A stretch of DNA of 64,000 nt, from the IMG/VR virus record IMGVR_UViG_3300042564_007246; one strand, written 5' to 3'. Under the pieces are notes generated by a model, which did not search any database, was not told the origin of the DNA, and saw nothing but the letters and a program-made list of their open reading frames with translations. Origin of the DNA: an uncultured virus (IMG/VR IMGVR_UViG_3300042564_007246) (lineage: Duplodnaviria > Heunggongvirae > Uroviricota > Caudoviricetes). Within the stretch, counting starts at the first letter, position 1. Each line of letters begins with the position of its first letter. Shown here in pieces: positions 18,881 through 29,846 of the stretch. Position numbers and translations under genes: made by a program.

Positions 18881-20662
18881 CTACTTTGAATGCTTGATGT
18901 CTTCTATAATCAACACTAAGCTATTTTTACCAGTAAATGTGTCAATTTCAAGAGTGTAAACAAGATCTACTACATCATCAACCTTAAAACTATCAATTAA
19001 ATAACCTCTGCGCCAAGCATTTGCAGATATCCAAGATTTTCCATCTGTAAATTTAATTTTTAAATGCTTGCCTTGTGATAATGGTTTTAATTCTGATATT
19101 TTAATACCCTTGGTGAAAAATAAGGGATTTGGATTTTCAGCACCGAAAGGAGCCAATCTTAATAAGTGATTGTATGTTTTATAATTTAGATCACCAAACA
19201 TGAGTTTTGAATCTACTTCAATCTCTTTTATATTTGTTGGATCACCAATAACATTTGATGCATATTCATTCAATGCATCTCTCATTGCTGGAATATTATT
19301 AATAGCAAGTTCAAATCCAGCTGCAAAAGCATGTCCACCACAAACAGTTGAACCATCTGCTCTTTTCTTAAACAATGCCCATGCTTTTTCAGATTTCAAT
19401 GCATTCAAGATGTTAAAGTTTCGAGTGGAACGACAAGAACCTTTTGCATATCCATCAGTTTTAAAAGAACACACTAAAGTAGGTTTATTATAAACTTCTG
19501 CTATTTTCCCAGCAATCAAACCAATCAATCCTGGATGCCAATCATCTGCACCAAGTATTAGTATATGTTCCTTTTCTAAATCAAAGTTTTTTTCAACGTA
19601 TGCTACAGCTTGTGCAATATTTTCTTCTTGTTGTTTTTGTCTTTTAGTGTTTGCATTATTCAATGTATTTGCTAAAGACTTTGCAATAAAATCATCTTCA
19701 GCCAATAACAAAGATAAAGCTGTTCCAGAATCAGCCAATCTTCCAATAGCATTAATTCTTGGACCTATTTGAAATCCAATACTTGTTGTGGTGACTTCCT
19801 TGACTCCAGCAACTCGTAAAAGTTCTTGTATTCCAGGTTTTGTACTTCTGCTTAAAATTTTACAACCATAGTCTACAATTATGCGATTTTCATCTAACAT
19901 TGGAGCAACGTCAGCTACTGTACCCAAAGCAGCAAATTCAATAAGATCATCTATCAAACTCATAATATCCATCTTGCGAGTTTTAGCTAATCCGAGCATT
20001 AATTTAAATGCAATACCACACCCTGCAAGATAATCAAAAGGATATCTCTTAAAATCTTCAGTTTTATGAGACTTGAAATGTTCTCCAGGATAGTTAGGGT
20101 CATCTCTGTTAGGATTCACAACCCCAATACAATTTGGTATTTTTCCATCATCAGAAGGATGGTGGTGATCTGTGACTATCAAATCTAAACCACATTTTTT
20201 AGCATATTCAGCTGTTTCAAATGCAACAATTCCACAGTCCACAGACATGAGCAATTTAGCTTCACGAGAAATGGCTTCATCTACAGAATGAACTTTGATA
20301 TCATATCCATCTTCCATTCTGTGGGGAACTTTATATTCAAGATTGGCTCCCATCTTTTTAAGTGCTGTGACAACAATAGCAGTGGAAGTGATTCCATCAA
20401 CATCGTAATCTCCCCATACAAAAATCTTTTCCTGATTGTCAATAGCATAATTAATTCTGTCTACAACAGGTTTGAAATCTGGCAACAATGACGGGTTGTG
20501 CAAATGTTTGATTTCTGTTTTAAGAAAATCATTAGCATCTTCAAGATTTGTGATTCCTCTTACTGCTAAAACTTTGGCAATTGTTGCTGGCATTTCAAGA
20601 TCAAATGCTAACTCGTCTACAAGACCATTATCAGCTTTTTTGAGTTTCCAAATTGTTTCCAT
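18881..20662 (-). CDS. recJ: RecJ single-stranded DNA exonuclease
   Basis: GDYDVDG, VDCG, TDHH, GTVAD, PRINAIGR, GGHAFAAG and APFGAENP. Confidence 0.97.
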   Translation of the reverse strand: METIWKLKKADNGLVDELAFDLEMPATIAKVLAVRGITNLEDANDFLKTEIKHLHNPSLLPDFKPVVDRINYAIDNQEKIFVWGDYDVDGITSTAIVVTALKKMGANLEYKVPHRMEDGYDIKVHSVDEAISREAKLLMSVDCGIVAFETAEYAKKCGLDLIVTDHHHPSDDGKIPNCIGVVNPNRDDPNYPGEHFKSHKTEDFKRYPFDYLAGCGIAFKLMLGLAKTRKMDIMSLIDDLIEFAALGTVADVAPMLDENRIIVDYGCKILSRSTKPGIQELLRVAGVKEVTTTSIGFQIGPRINAIGRLADSGTALSLLLAEDDFIAKSLANTLNNANTKRQKQQEENIAQAVAYVEKNFDLEKEHILILGADDWHPGLIGLIAGKIAEVYNKPTLVCSFKTDGYAKGSCRSTRNFNILNALKSEKAWALFKKRADGSTVCGGHAFAAGFELAINNIPAMRDALNEYASNVIGDPTNIKEIEVDSKLMFGDLNYKTYNHLLRLAPFGAENPNPLFFTKGIKISELKPLSQGKHLKIKFTDGKSWISANAWRRGYLIDSFKVDDVVDLVYTLEIDTFTGKNSLVLIIEDIKHSK

Positions 20663-21417
20663 TATATTTTTACCAATAAGTCCTGTTGACCAGAAGATAT
20701 CATTTCCTTTATAGACTCATCTAAAAAAGAAATATCATACTTGCTAGCAAAATCATCAGGGTCCATACCTTTAGGCAATAAAACCCTATGAGCTTTTAAA
20801 GAGTATTCTTTAATTTTAGATAGTATTTTTTCTGATGCAATTTTACCAGCATCATCAGAATCCATTATCACTATAATATTATCGCAATATCTTGCTGCTA
20901 AAGCAATTTGATAATCTGATATAGAAGTGCCACACAATGCACATGTATTCTGATACCCATTATCGTAAAAACTATACACATCAAAGTATCCCTCTACTAA
21001 GATGATATAGTTTCTTATAATTGCTTCTTTTTTAGCATTATTTAGAAAAAATAAATTTCTTGTTTTTTGATAAGGCTCATTTATCCATTTGCCTTTATTC
21101 CATTTATTAATTCTGTCTTGACATTTTGCCGGTTCATGACTATATGAATCCCAAAATGATTGAACAGTCATTTCTGCTGCTTTTGGAATTTGGCGACCAG
21201 CTAGAGCAATAATTTTTCCATCAACATCACAAATGGGAACTATTAATCTTCCCCTCAATAATGGAAAATGATATCTAGAATATGATGGACAAAATCCCAC
21301 TAAATTATCATCTACTATTCTTTTGGATAAATTTCTAGTAGCATAATATTCTTGGGCAATGTTACTATCAGATAAATTACGAGTAAATTGATTATAATAT
21401 GCCTTGCGATCTTCCAT
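20662..21417 (-). CDS. dnaG: DnaG primase catalytic/TOPRIM core without zinc-binding domain
   Basis: GRLIVPI...ALAGR, KWIN, VEGYFDV, CGT, DSDDAG and DPDD; no N-terminal CHC2 domain. Confidence 0.85.
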   Translation of the reverse strand: MEDRKAYYNQFTRNLSDSNIAQEYYATRNLSKRIVDDNLVGFCPSYSRYHFPLLRGRLIVPICDVDGKIIALAGRQIPKAAEMTVQSFWDSYSHEPAKCQDRINKWNKGKWINEPYQKTRNLFFLNNAKKEAIIRNYIILVEGYFDVYSFYDNGYQNTCALCGTSISDYQIALAARYCDNIIVIMDSDDAGKIASEKILSKIKEYSLKAHRVLLPKGMDPDDFASKYDISFLDESIKEMISSGQQDLLVKI

Positions 21418-21508
21418 CTTGTGATTATCTCACATTAAAGGAACTTTAGCAACTAACGTATAAAACTTAAACCAGAGTAAGAATCTTTTCTTTATTAGGA
21501 ATTTTGTC

Positions 21509-22600
21509 ATGGATTTAAATGAATATATTGATTTTATAATTGTTGCTGAAGAACTTGACAAGTTGGGAAGATATGCTGAAGCTGACAATCTTGTAAGATT
21601 AGCTCAATTTCCAAATATGAACCCACAAGGCTTTGGCGGTTTTGGTAATATGGGGGCTGGAAATGGCAATTTATTTACTCCACAAATGCAAGGAGCTGCT
21701 ATAGGTGGAGCTCTTGGTAATGCTGCCTTTAAGAGTCCTGTTGGAACTGCAATTGGAACTTTATTGGGAAGTGAAATTGGCAGAAAACAAGGGAATGAAA
21801 TTCAGCAAAGAAATATCCCATCTGAACAAAAAATTCAAAAATTAAAAGAAGAATTAATCAAATTACAGGCACAACCAGAACCAAGAAATTATGTCAAAAT
21901 GCAAGAATTGCAAAGACAAATCACAACTGAAGAAAAAATTCTCAAAGACACTCAAGCTCTAAGAGCACAAAATCAACCTCAGCCAGCAACACAAACTGCC
22001 AATCAAACAGGATTACCTGCATCAGCATCATTAGACCAATTAAAAGCATACAACGCAGCAAGAGATGCTAAATCGTTTGATGAATTGCAAAAATTAGTAG
22101 CGAATTTCACTTTAGCAGAACAAGCTTTAGCATTTAGATTCTGGAATTTAAAATCTCAACAAGCAGCAACTCAAACTCCAGGGCAACCAGCTGGACAATT
22201 GCAAGCTACACAAATGCCACCTGCTGTAAATAATATTCTTATGAGTATGTTGTATGACTCAGCAATGACAACTCCACAAGCTATCTGGACAAAAATAAGT
22301 ACTTCTGAACAAATTCCAGAAGGATTGAAAAGAGCAGCATTTGATGAATTCTTAAAACTTAGAAGTAATCAGATTTACGGAGCTCAACAAGCACAAGCAC
22401 CTGTAACAGCACCACAGTTTACACCAGCAGAAGATGCAGAAATTAACAAATTAGTATCTCTTGCTTTCGGGCAAGAATCAGGACGAAAATTTAATTTTAT
22501 TAAAAATAAATTCTTAAGAGATCAAATTACAAAACCAATCTACGATGAAGCAATTAAGAGACTAAGAGAGAAAGTTACATTATTGCAAAGTATGAGATAA
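21509..22600 (+). CDS. Q/P/A-rich protein with shared N-terminal leader and glycine zipper
   Basis: AEELDKLGRYAEADNLVRLAQ leader; GAAIGGALG...GTAIGTLLG glycine zipper; lone plus-strand gene ending at a terminator. Confidence 0.6.
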   Translation: MDLNEYIDFIIVAEELDKLGRYAEADNLVRLAQFPNMNPQGFGGFGNMGAGNGNLFTPQMQGAAIGGALGNAAFKSPVGTAIGTLLGSEIGRKQGNEIQQRNIPSEQKIQKLKEELIKLQAQPEPRNYVKMQELQRQITTEEKILKDTQALRAQNQPQPATQTANQTGLPASASLDQLKAYNAARDAKSFDELQKLVANFTLAEQALAFRFWNLKSQQAATQTPGQPAGQLQATQMPPAVNNILMSMLYDSAMTTPQAIWTKISTSEQIPEGLKRAAFDEFLKLRSNQIYGAQQAQAPVTAPQFTPAEDAEINKLVSLAFGQESGRKFNFIKNKFLRDQITKPIYDEAIKRLREKVTLLQSMR

Positions 22601-22610
22601 AAGTAAAACA

Positions 22611-22637
22611 AAAATCCCCTCCGAAGAGGGGATTTTT
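22611..22637. terminator. Bidirectional intrinsic terminator
   Basis: aaaatcccctc-cgaa-gaggggatttt between convergent genes. Confidence 0.85.
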
Positions 22638-23879
22638 TTATTCTAGCATTTCTTTTGCAGCATCATCAAACGAGATTCCATCATCGTCTTCTTCATCAAA
22701 TGGATCTGTGATGTTTTCCAGTTCTGATGGTGGACCTTTTTTAACAGCAGCAAGAAGATCATCAAGTGGTTTTCCCAACACTTTAAGTCTTCCACAGATA
22801 TACTCAAAGGCAGTGGTAGAATTGTCTCCACGAGTACGTTTTTCTGGAGAAGCTTGACTCATAAGAAGTTTTACAAATTCATATGGGTCTTTGGATTCTA
22901 CTACTTCGCCAGTATCAACATTTGTATAAATAAACTTCTTGCGAACTTCTTTGATATATTCAAAGCCTTTAGCTTTTGCACGATAAAGAAATTCATCTAC
23001 AGGATTGGTGTTGTCATCATCGGTAAACATGATCTTAAAAATACCAGTAAGACCAGGAGTTCCATAGCGAGTTTTCATCACTAGTACTTTTGATTTACCG
23101 CCAATGATTACATCTTGACCAGCTTCATCCTTTTTGGTTACCTGACCATTTGCTCCGTTGATTTTATTAATCCATAAACGCATATGGGTAAAGTAATTCA
23201 TAGCATTACCGCCAGATGCTTGCTTTACCATGGAACCAGGCATTGCACCAGCACCCATATAAAGTTGGTTGATAAGAACAACAATAGTTCCAGATGTAGC
23301 TGTTTTAGCAGTAAGATCTTTTGTTAATCGCTTGACAAAACGAGCATGGAGACCAATTGTCTGTACTTGCTCCATTGATTTTGCAAGTTCATCTTGTGGA
23401 ATCATTGCAGAAACAGAATCTACAATAATAACAGAATAATCACCAGTGTCTGCCATATACTTAAGAAGTTCGCCATACTTTTCAGCAGAACCAACATTTT
23501 CAACAAGAACAAGGTCTTTAACACTTACACCACAGCTGGTTGCACGTAAAGGATAGTATGAATTTTCAATATTGAAAAATGCACATTTTTTGCCTTGCTT
23601 TTGCGCTTCGGCAATAAGTTTGTACCCTAACCAAGTTTTTCCAGATTGTGATTCACCACAAAATTCAACAAGAGTGCCTGAAGGTATACCCATACCAGCA
23701 CCCAAAATTGAATCAACTTCAAAAACTCCAGTTGGAATAAACTCAATCTCTTCGGTGTCACCAGACTTGATGCATTTTTCATCAATGCCTAATGACTTCA
23801 TTTTTTGTTTCAATAACCGAAGCTGATCAGCGCTAATTACTTCTGATAAATTGTCTTTTGAATCTTTTGATTTAGCCAT
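22638..23879 (-). CDS. recA: RecA recombinase
   Basis: IPTG...D..LG, Walker A GESQSGKT, IIVDSV, INQL and GGNAM; acidic C-terminal extension. Confidence 0.92.
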   Translation of the reverse strand: MAKSKDSKDNLSEVISADQLRLLKQKMKSLGIDEKCIKSGDTEEIEFIPTGVFEVDSILGAGMGIPSGTLVEFCGESQSGKTWLGYKLIAEAQKQGKKCAFFNIENSYYPLRATSCGVSVKDLVLVENVGSAEKYGELLKYMADTGDYSVIIVDSVSAMIPQDELAKSMEQVQTIGLHARFVKRLTKDLTAKTATSGTIVVLINQLYMGAGAMPGSMVKQASGGNAMNYFTHMRLWINKINGANGQVTKKDEAGQDVIIGGKSKVLVMKTRYGTPGLTGIFKIMFTDDDNTNPVDEFLYRAKAKGFEYIKEVRKKFIYTNVDTGEVVESKDPYEFVKLLMSQASPEKRTRGDNSTTAFEYICGRLKVLGKPLDDLLAAVKKGPPSELENITDPFDEEDDDGISFDDAAKEMLE

Positions 23880-23890
23880 ATAATCTCCTC

Positions 23891-23917
23891 AAAAAGGGGA
23901 TGGTTTCCCATCCCCTT
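23891..23917 (-). terminator. Hairpin/terminator between SSB-like gene and recA
   Basis: aaggggatgg-tttc-ccatcccctt with a U-run on the minus strand. Confidence 0.7.
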
Positions 23918-23924
23918 AGTAATA

Positions 23925-24917
23925 TTAGTCGTTTAACCAGCCCATTGAATCTTCATCATCGTCGTCGTCATCTTCAACAACAACTGGCTTAGGAGCAACC
24001 TTAGCAGTTCGAGTTGGTTTGACAGGAACAACTTCTTCAACCTCATCATCTTCCACTACTGGAGCAGAGACTTTAGGTGGAGAAACTGTATATCCTGAAT
24101 CAGATTTAGGCTTTGCTACAACTGCACTGGAAGATTCTCCCTTAACAAGAGTGTGCTTGAAAATCTTATGCAAAGGATAACCGTATGCAAAGAAGTCATT
24201 CCACTCAGGCATTGAAGGATCTGATTTACGATCAAGAGCATACTGTGTACGCTCAGTTTCGAGTTCTTCAGGAGTAGGCTCACCAGCTTTGCGTAGTAAT
24301 TCAACCATTTCGTCATCTACTTCAACATTTTTGGATTCAAAGTAAACATCGTATTCGACAGACAAAGGTGGTTGTTTGCCAGTAGCTTTGGCAGTGATTT
24401 TTACACAAGGAGATAAACGGGAACCATAATGGCGAGAATCATCTTCGCCATCCCATTCTTCATCTTCGTAATTGCCTTGAGTCTTCTTAGCAATTTCAGA
24501 AAAGATAGCCTTACCCTTCTTGAGAATCTTTACTTTCCATGTGCCATCTTCTTGACGCTCAAGAACATTCTGTGCATACTGGGTTGTGAAGATATAACCC
24601 ATCTTGCGCCAAGGGCATTGATCTGGATCATCATGTCCAATGCGGTTGAATGACTTGTTGACATCAGCATCTGGAAATGGAACCTTCATAGTCTTGCCAC
24701 GAAGTTCTGGATCGTTGTTAGGATTAGGCACATATACCTTGTCGGTATATTCATGGAACATATAAGGATCGCCAACAAGTTTAAGACGACGAGTAACCTT
24801 AGGAGAGTCTTTAACAGACAGGTTTACAATAATGTCTTGTAACTTAGGGAAGGAATTCTGCTGCGGACGAGCAGGGTTGGAAGCAAGCATCTGAGATGCT
24901 GAAACACGTCGAATCAT
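23925..24917 (-). CDS. Putative single-stranded DNA-binding protein (gp32-like)
   Basis: YAQNVLER...VKIL...IF pattern, P/A/V linker and very acidic tail (EDDDDDDEDSMGWLND); next to recA. ATG 24917 follows GGAG, with a TTGCAA-17-TAATAT promoter upstream. Confidence 0.55.
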   Translation of the reverse strand: MIRRVSASQMLASNPARPQQNSFPKLQDIIVNLSVKDSPKVTRRLKLVGDPYMFHEYTDKVYVPNPNNDPELRGKTMKVPFPDADVNKSFNRIGHDDPDQCPWRKMGYIFTTQYAQNVLERQEDGTWKVKILKKGKAIFSEIAKKTQGNYEDEEWDGEDDSRHYGSRLSPCVKITAKATGKQPPLSVEYDVYFESKNVEVDDEMVELLRKAGEPTPEELETERTQYALDRKSDPSMPEWNDFFAYGYPLHKIFKHTLVKGESSSAVVAKPKSDSGYTVSPPKVSAPVVEDDEVEEVVPVKPTRTAKVAPKPVVVEDDDDDDEDSMGWLND

Positions 24918-25001
24918 TTTCAAACTCCGTTCTGGGGAACACAGGTCCCTCTTCAAATATATTACTATATGTTGATGGCTTTTGCAACAGAAATGGAAAA
25001 C

Positions 25002-25730
25002 TTATTTCATTCTTCCATTTCTAGTTCTTACACTAGCACTATCATTATTATACTGCTTTAACGATGGTCGATCCTTACTGTAAAGAGAAGACAAACCTTC
25101 ATTGTTAAAGCTTTGATTGATTCTTGAAAGAGCTTGATGTTCTCTCATTAATCGATCCATTTGAGTTGCAGCAAAATCAATATTTTTCAATACTGCTTCT
25201 GTGTAACTCAAAAGTCTTTTGGCATGTGATAATGCCACCGAAAATGGACTTACTGTAAAAGTAGCTACTGCATCCTTATCAGGTTTAGTACCATTTGTCA
25301 ACTTCATTGCTATTTCTCTCAAGTTTTTATGTGCTTGAAAGATCATTTCATAATGAGCATACACTATGGCAATGATTTCGGACAATCTTGTTCTATATTG
25401 TACTTGCAATGCATACATTGCAGCATGAGCTTCAAAATCAAAATCATGCTTGTTGGGAATTGAAATATCCCAAGTGGCAATTTCTCTTCTAATTTCAAAT
25501 TCATTATAAACAGGCAAAGATGCAATTGCGAATTGCCATATTTCCACTTCTTCAGCAAAACTTTCTTCTGTAACTCCCTTGATTCTTTCAGCAATTTTTT
25601 TAGCAAAATCAGGGTCAGTCCAAGGAGTTATTTCTGGTAAAGGTTTCCATTCGAAATCAGCTAAAAGAATTGTGTCATCATTTTCTTCGCTTATATTTTC
25701 GTCATCTTCTTCTGTATATAAATTGCTCAT
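25002..25730 (-). CDS. Hypothetical helical protein, possible recombination mediator
   Basis: Long helical ORF between dnaE and SSB/recA; function inferred from position only. Confidence 0.4.
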   Translation of the reverse strand: MSNLYTEEDDENISEENDDTILLADFEWKPLPEITPWTDPDFAKKIAERIKGVTEESFAEEVEIWQFAIASLPVYNEFEIRREIATWDISIPNKHDFDFEAHAAMYALQVQYRTRLSEIIAIVYAHYEMIFQAHKNLREIAMKLTNGTKPDKDAVATFTVSPFSVALSHAKRLLSYTEAVLKNIDFAATQMDRLMREHQALSRINQSFNNEGLSSLYSKDRPSLKQYNNDSASVRTRNGRMK

Positions 25731-25739
25731 AGCATTTCC

Positions 25740-28700
25740 TCAATCAAATAAATTGTCACTTAATAATGTATTGAATTTATTCGTACTTTTTGTTGGTTTG
25801 TCATTTACTTTATTAGACATTATTTGATCAATTGATAGTGAATTTTTATCAGCTAATCTTTTAAGCCTTGCAGCATTCTTTTCTTCTAAAGTTCTTTGAG
25901 TAACTATTTCATCCCAATGTACCATGAAGTCTTCCAGATATTCAAATTGTAAGATATCAGTTAAACAATCTAATGCATTATGTTCAGCCAAAGCTTGAAT
26001 CATCATTCGGTTAGGTCTTGTACGATAGCAAAGATCCTTGATATCTTCGTAAGGTTGATTCTTTATGATATCTTCAGCACGAGCACCTACACCCTTGACT
26101 GCAGATAATGGAAGAATAATCTCACCTTTAGTGTTTACCATAGTATCAAGACCAGACTCATTAATATTAGGTTCCTTGACAACTATTTTATCAATTTGAC
26201 ATTCTCTTCGCAATATGGCAAGTTTATCTTCATCCAAACGGTCTATTTGAATACAAGATCCAAGCCATTCTGAAGGATAATAATATCTTAACCATGCAGT
26301 GAAATATGATAACAATGCATATGCACATGCATGGGATCTATTAAATGCATATCCGCCAAACTTTGCCATTAATTGAAGAACAGAATCAACTATTGTTTCA
26401 TCTACACCCTTTGCGATACTTTTTGTCTTGAAAAGATTACATGCATCATCAAAGTCTTTGCCTGATTTTTTCGAAATAGCTTTTCTTAATTTGTCAACTT
26501 CAGTCCAAGTGAATCCAGCCATATCACGAGCCATTTTCATAGCTTGCTCTTGATAAACCATAATTCCATATGTCACACCCAAGTGTTGTTTGATAACAGG
26601 ATGGTCATAATGAACACTTTCAGGGTTTTTCTTTCCAAATGCATATTGTGGAATAAAATCCATAGGACCAGGACGGTAAAGAGCAGCAACAGCAATCAAA
26701 TCTTCAATATTAGATGCTTCAACATCTCTTAGAGCCTGTTGCATTCCCTTAGACGCAAATTGAAAAACAGATGCAGTTTTACCTTTTGCATAAATGTTCT
26801 TAAAAATCTTAGGATCTTCCAAATCGATATCTTTAAACTCTATCACTTTTCCATGCAATCTTTTGATGTGCTGTAAACACAATGAGATTTGTTGAAAAGC
26901 TGCCAATCCTAAGAAGTCATACTTAACAAGACCCATGCGTTCAACATTTTTCATGTCATATGCTGAACACAAGTTTCCTTTAGAGTTTTCAATAGGTGCA
27001 TGCATAAATATAGGTTCAGATGAAACAAGCACACCACTAGCATGAACACCAAAGTTTGAAATGGTGCCTACAAGGTGAATAGCATTGTCAATTTCTGTCT
27101 TCCATATTTTGTAATAATGGACAAACTCAGAACTTTCTTGAATAGTATCTTCAATAGTAGATCCAGGCTTTTTGGATATAAGAGCAGATATCTTCAATGC
27201 TTCAGAATGAGTGTAATCTCCATGATGATTGGTAAATCTTTCACTAGATTTTAGACACCCAACCACTGCAGCTTTAGCACCATACCTGCCCCATGTTCCG
27301 ATTTGTGCAACATGCTCATCTCCAAATCTGTGCTTGGTCCAGTCAATTACATCTGCTCTTTTAGAATCATCAATGTCTGTATCGACATCAGGAAGAGCAG
27401 CAATTTTGGAAATTCTTAAACCTTGTTCAGGCAAATCTTCCGTAATACCAAGAATAACAGAAGTCCAAAGTTGAGATTCATTAACTTTTGTTTTAATCCC
27501 CATTTTTGAAAGACTATAAACGTATGCACATAAACCTTGATTTTCTAAAACCCACAATTCTTTTTCAATGTCAGGTTCTTTATCAATATAGTCAGGATTT
27601 TGGCTCAACCAAATTTTAGAAACCTTCTTGAGTTTTTGAACAAAAGGCATTTGATCAACATGAGAATATTTCTCCATCCATTGATTCACAGGATATTCTG
27701 AACAATCAATCTTATATTGAGTGCCACGACCAGGATTGAGAAATCTTTCAAACATAAGATTCCAACGAACAGGATCAACATTGCAAACTTCTAAACAGAA
27801 ATTTACCAATGACCCTACACCAGAACCACGAATTCCATAGTGAATGTCTCTACCTTTCATAAATTCAACCATTTCGCGTTGAATTAAGAAATAGTCAGTA
27901 ACGCCCATGTGCCAAATCTGAGTTAGTTCATAATGTAACCGAGCTAAATACTTCTTATTTGCACCAAAACCAGCAAGTTTTAGACCATTCAAACATAGGT
28001 ATGCCAAGTAAGCTTCATTATCTTTGTAATAAGGAAGCTTAGAGTTCTTGAATTTTCTGAAATCTGGATCATCAGGAATATTAGCTTTTGGAAGTAAGTG
28101 GGGAACATCCAACTTTAAGAAGTCTTCCACCATCTCGGAAATGAGAACAGAGTTTTTCAAAGCTTCTGGTGCACCAACACCAAACACTTTTGTCATGTCA
28201 TCATAAGATTTCAAAAAGAACTGGTGAGAAGAGTATGCTTCTTTTTTGCCACCCTTCTTCTCAGCACCTGATCTGGAATCTCTTTGATCTCGCATTTGAA
28301 TAAGAACATCGTGCAGTTCCCAATCAAGCTTATCTAAATAATGAACATCATTTGACGCAACAACTGGAACGTCATATTTTTTAGCTAAATCTAAAAGATG
28401 TCCCATGTTATGTTTCTGTTCTTCAATACCATGATATTGAAGTTCAACAAAATACCTATCATCAAATAAAGACTTGAATTTATCAACAACACTGTTAGCA
28501 GTAATAAGGTCATCTTTCATCAAAGGTTGATTTAGTTCAGATGCAAGACAGCCCGAAAGAGCAATGACACCTTCAGAATGCTTTTCAATACATTCCCAAT
28601 CAACTCTTGGAGAATAGTGAAAAGCTTCAGGATCATTTCCTAATGCTGACAATGAGAGTAAGTTTTTATAACCCTTTTCATTTTGAGCCAAAAGAGTAAG

Positions 28701-28991
28701 GTGATTTAATTTTCTTCTTCTGCCATCTTCTGTTTTAGATTTATCAAATCTATCAGGACAGGTATACACTTCAATACCAATTATTGGCTTAATTGGATCT
28801 GTAGTACTTGGAATCTTACAGTTTTCTACAAACTCAATTACACCGCCCATTTTTCCATGGTCAGTGATTGCTGTAGCACGAAAACCCATCTCTCTAGCCT
28901 TGTGAGCATATGCTTTTGGAGATGGTAAAGCATCTTGTATTGAAAAGTGAGTATGAGCATGCAAATGCACAAAATCTTTATTGTTACACAT
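25740..28991 (-). CDS. dnaE: DNA polymerase III alpha subunit
   Basis: PHP domain (HLHAHTHFS, TDHG, NDVHY), RGSGVGS, FERFLNP, PDVDTD, GVHASG, KYDFLGL, ALYRPGP, YQEQ and YAFNRSHA. Has a ~108-aa insert and a short C-terminus. Confidence 0.97.
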   Translation of the reverse strand: MCNNKDFVHLHAHTHFSIQDALPSPKAYAHKAREMGFRATAITDHGKMGGVIEFVENCKIPSTTDPIKPIIGIEVYTCPDRFDKSKTEDGRRRKLNHLTLLAQNEKGYKNLLSLSALGNDPEAFHYSPRVDWECIEKHSEGVIALSGCLASELNQPLMKDDLITANSVVDKFKSLFDDRYFVELQYHGIEEQKHNMGHLLDLAKKYDVPVVASNDVHYLDKLDWELHDVLIQMRDQRDSRSGAEKKGGKKEAYSSHQFFLKSYDDMTKVFGVGAPEALKNSVLISEMVEDFLKLDVPHLLPKANIPDDPDFRKFKNSKLPYYKDNEAYLAYLCLNGLKLAGFGANKKYLARLHYELTQIWHMGVTDYFLIQREMVEFMKGRDIHYGIRGSGVGSLVNFCLEVCNVDPVRWNLMFERFLNPGRGTQYKIDCSEYPVNQWMEKYSHVDQMPFVQKLKKVSKIWLSQNPDYIDKEPDIEKELWVLENQGLCAYVYSLSKMGIKTKVNESQLWTSVILGITEDLPEQGLRISKIAALPDVDTDIDDSKRADVIDWTKHRFGDEHVAQIGTWGRYGAKAAVVGCLKSSERFTNHHGDYTHSEALKISALISKKPGSTIEDTIQESSEFVHYYKIWKTEIDNAIHLVGTISNFGVHASGVLVSSEPIFMHAPIENSKGNLCSAYDMKNVERMGLVKYDFLGLAAFQQISLCLQHIKRLHGKVIEFKDIDLEDPKIFKNIYAKGKTASVFQFASKGMQQALRDVEASNIEDLIAVAALYRPGPMDFIPQYAFGKKNPESVHYDHPVIKQHLGVTYGIMVYQEQAMKMARDMAGFTWTEVDKLRKAISKKSGKDFDDACNLFKTKSIAKGVDETIVDSVLQLMAKFGGYAFNRSHACAYALLSYFTAWLRYYYPSEWLGSCIQIDRLDEDKLAILRRECQIDKIVVKEPNINESGLDTMVNTKGEIILPLSAVKGVGARAEDIIKNQPYEDIKDLCYRTRPNRMMIQALAEHNALDCLTDILQFEYLEDFMVHWDEIVTQRTLEEKNAARLKRLADKNSLSIDQIMSNKVNDKPTKSTNKFNTLLSDNLFD

Positions 28992-29030
28992 AATTCCCCC
29001 GAATAAGCCCCGTCATAGACAGTCATACAC

Positions 29031-29846
29031 TTATTGATGATAGGTTAGTGATAATACAGAATTATTCTCTGCTATAAAACCATTCTTGCCATTATGATAC
29101 TTCCTTGGATCAAGATTTGCAAGAATTATTTTGTCATTTCGCTTCAACTCTTTGGGTCTCAAACAAAGAGGTAATCGATCAAATTCATTTAAGAAATAAG
29201 AATTTGGAATTTGTTTTAAAAGTTGGTAATAATTTTCCTTAGCAATAATTCTATATCGCCAAGGATCTGTTTGATTTTGCATTATGTGAGACAATACTTT
29301 GGAGTCATAACCATTGCTCACAACTTCAAAATTCCTTGATTTAACCACCATCTGAGATGATTTAATTGCATTTCTGACTGATGACTCACTTTGACCTGTA
29401 TTTTTGCATATGGTTGAAATACTAATAGGTCTATGGTCTTCGTATCTTGAAGCAACAATAGCAATAAATATTTCTCTAATTTGCTTTGATGAGCAATTGT
29501 GAAATATCTTAATTGGAATTTTTATAGGCTTACATCTAGTAATATCAGGACTTAATCTTTTGATTATAGAATTTATCCCTAGCAAGCCTAACTGTTTTTT
29601 TCCATGTTTACCATAAGGTTTTCGCCAATATGTATTTTCACCCTTGGATATTTTTGTATATGCCCAAGTTGATTTCAATGACAAAACTTTGTTGGTGATA
29701 TTTAATATATCAGCCAGATTCACAATACCATTTCCTTCAATGTCAATCTTTTTAGATAAAAGCCAAATAATATACAAATCAGCCTCATTGTTTTTTAAAC
29801 AACTAGCTGCTATTTCTGGATATATTATAAGATGCTTGTCAATCAT
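29031..29846 (-). CDS. Basic hypothetical protein with putative HTH
   Basis: PISISTICKNTGQSESSVRNAIK HTH-like segment. Confidence 0.45.
   Translation of the reverse strand: MIDKHLIIYPEIAASCLKNNEADLYIIWLLSKKIDIEGNGIVNLADILNITNKVLSLKSTWAYTKISKGENTYWRKPYGKHGKKQLGLLGINSIIKRLSPDITRCKPIKIPIKIFHNCSSKQIREIFIAIVASRYEDHRPISISTICKNTGQSESSVRNAIKSSQMVVKSRNFEVVSNGYDSKVLSHIMQNQTDPWRYRIIAKENYYQLLKQIPNSYFLNEFDRLPLCLRPKELKRNDKIILANLDPRKYHNGKNGFIAENNSVLSLTYHQ

Noticed and set aside
27393..27725. Intein or intron in dnaE
   Set aside because: The insert is in frame but lacks intein terminal residues and homing-endonuclease motifs.
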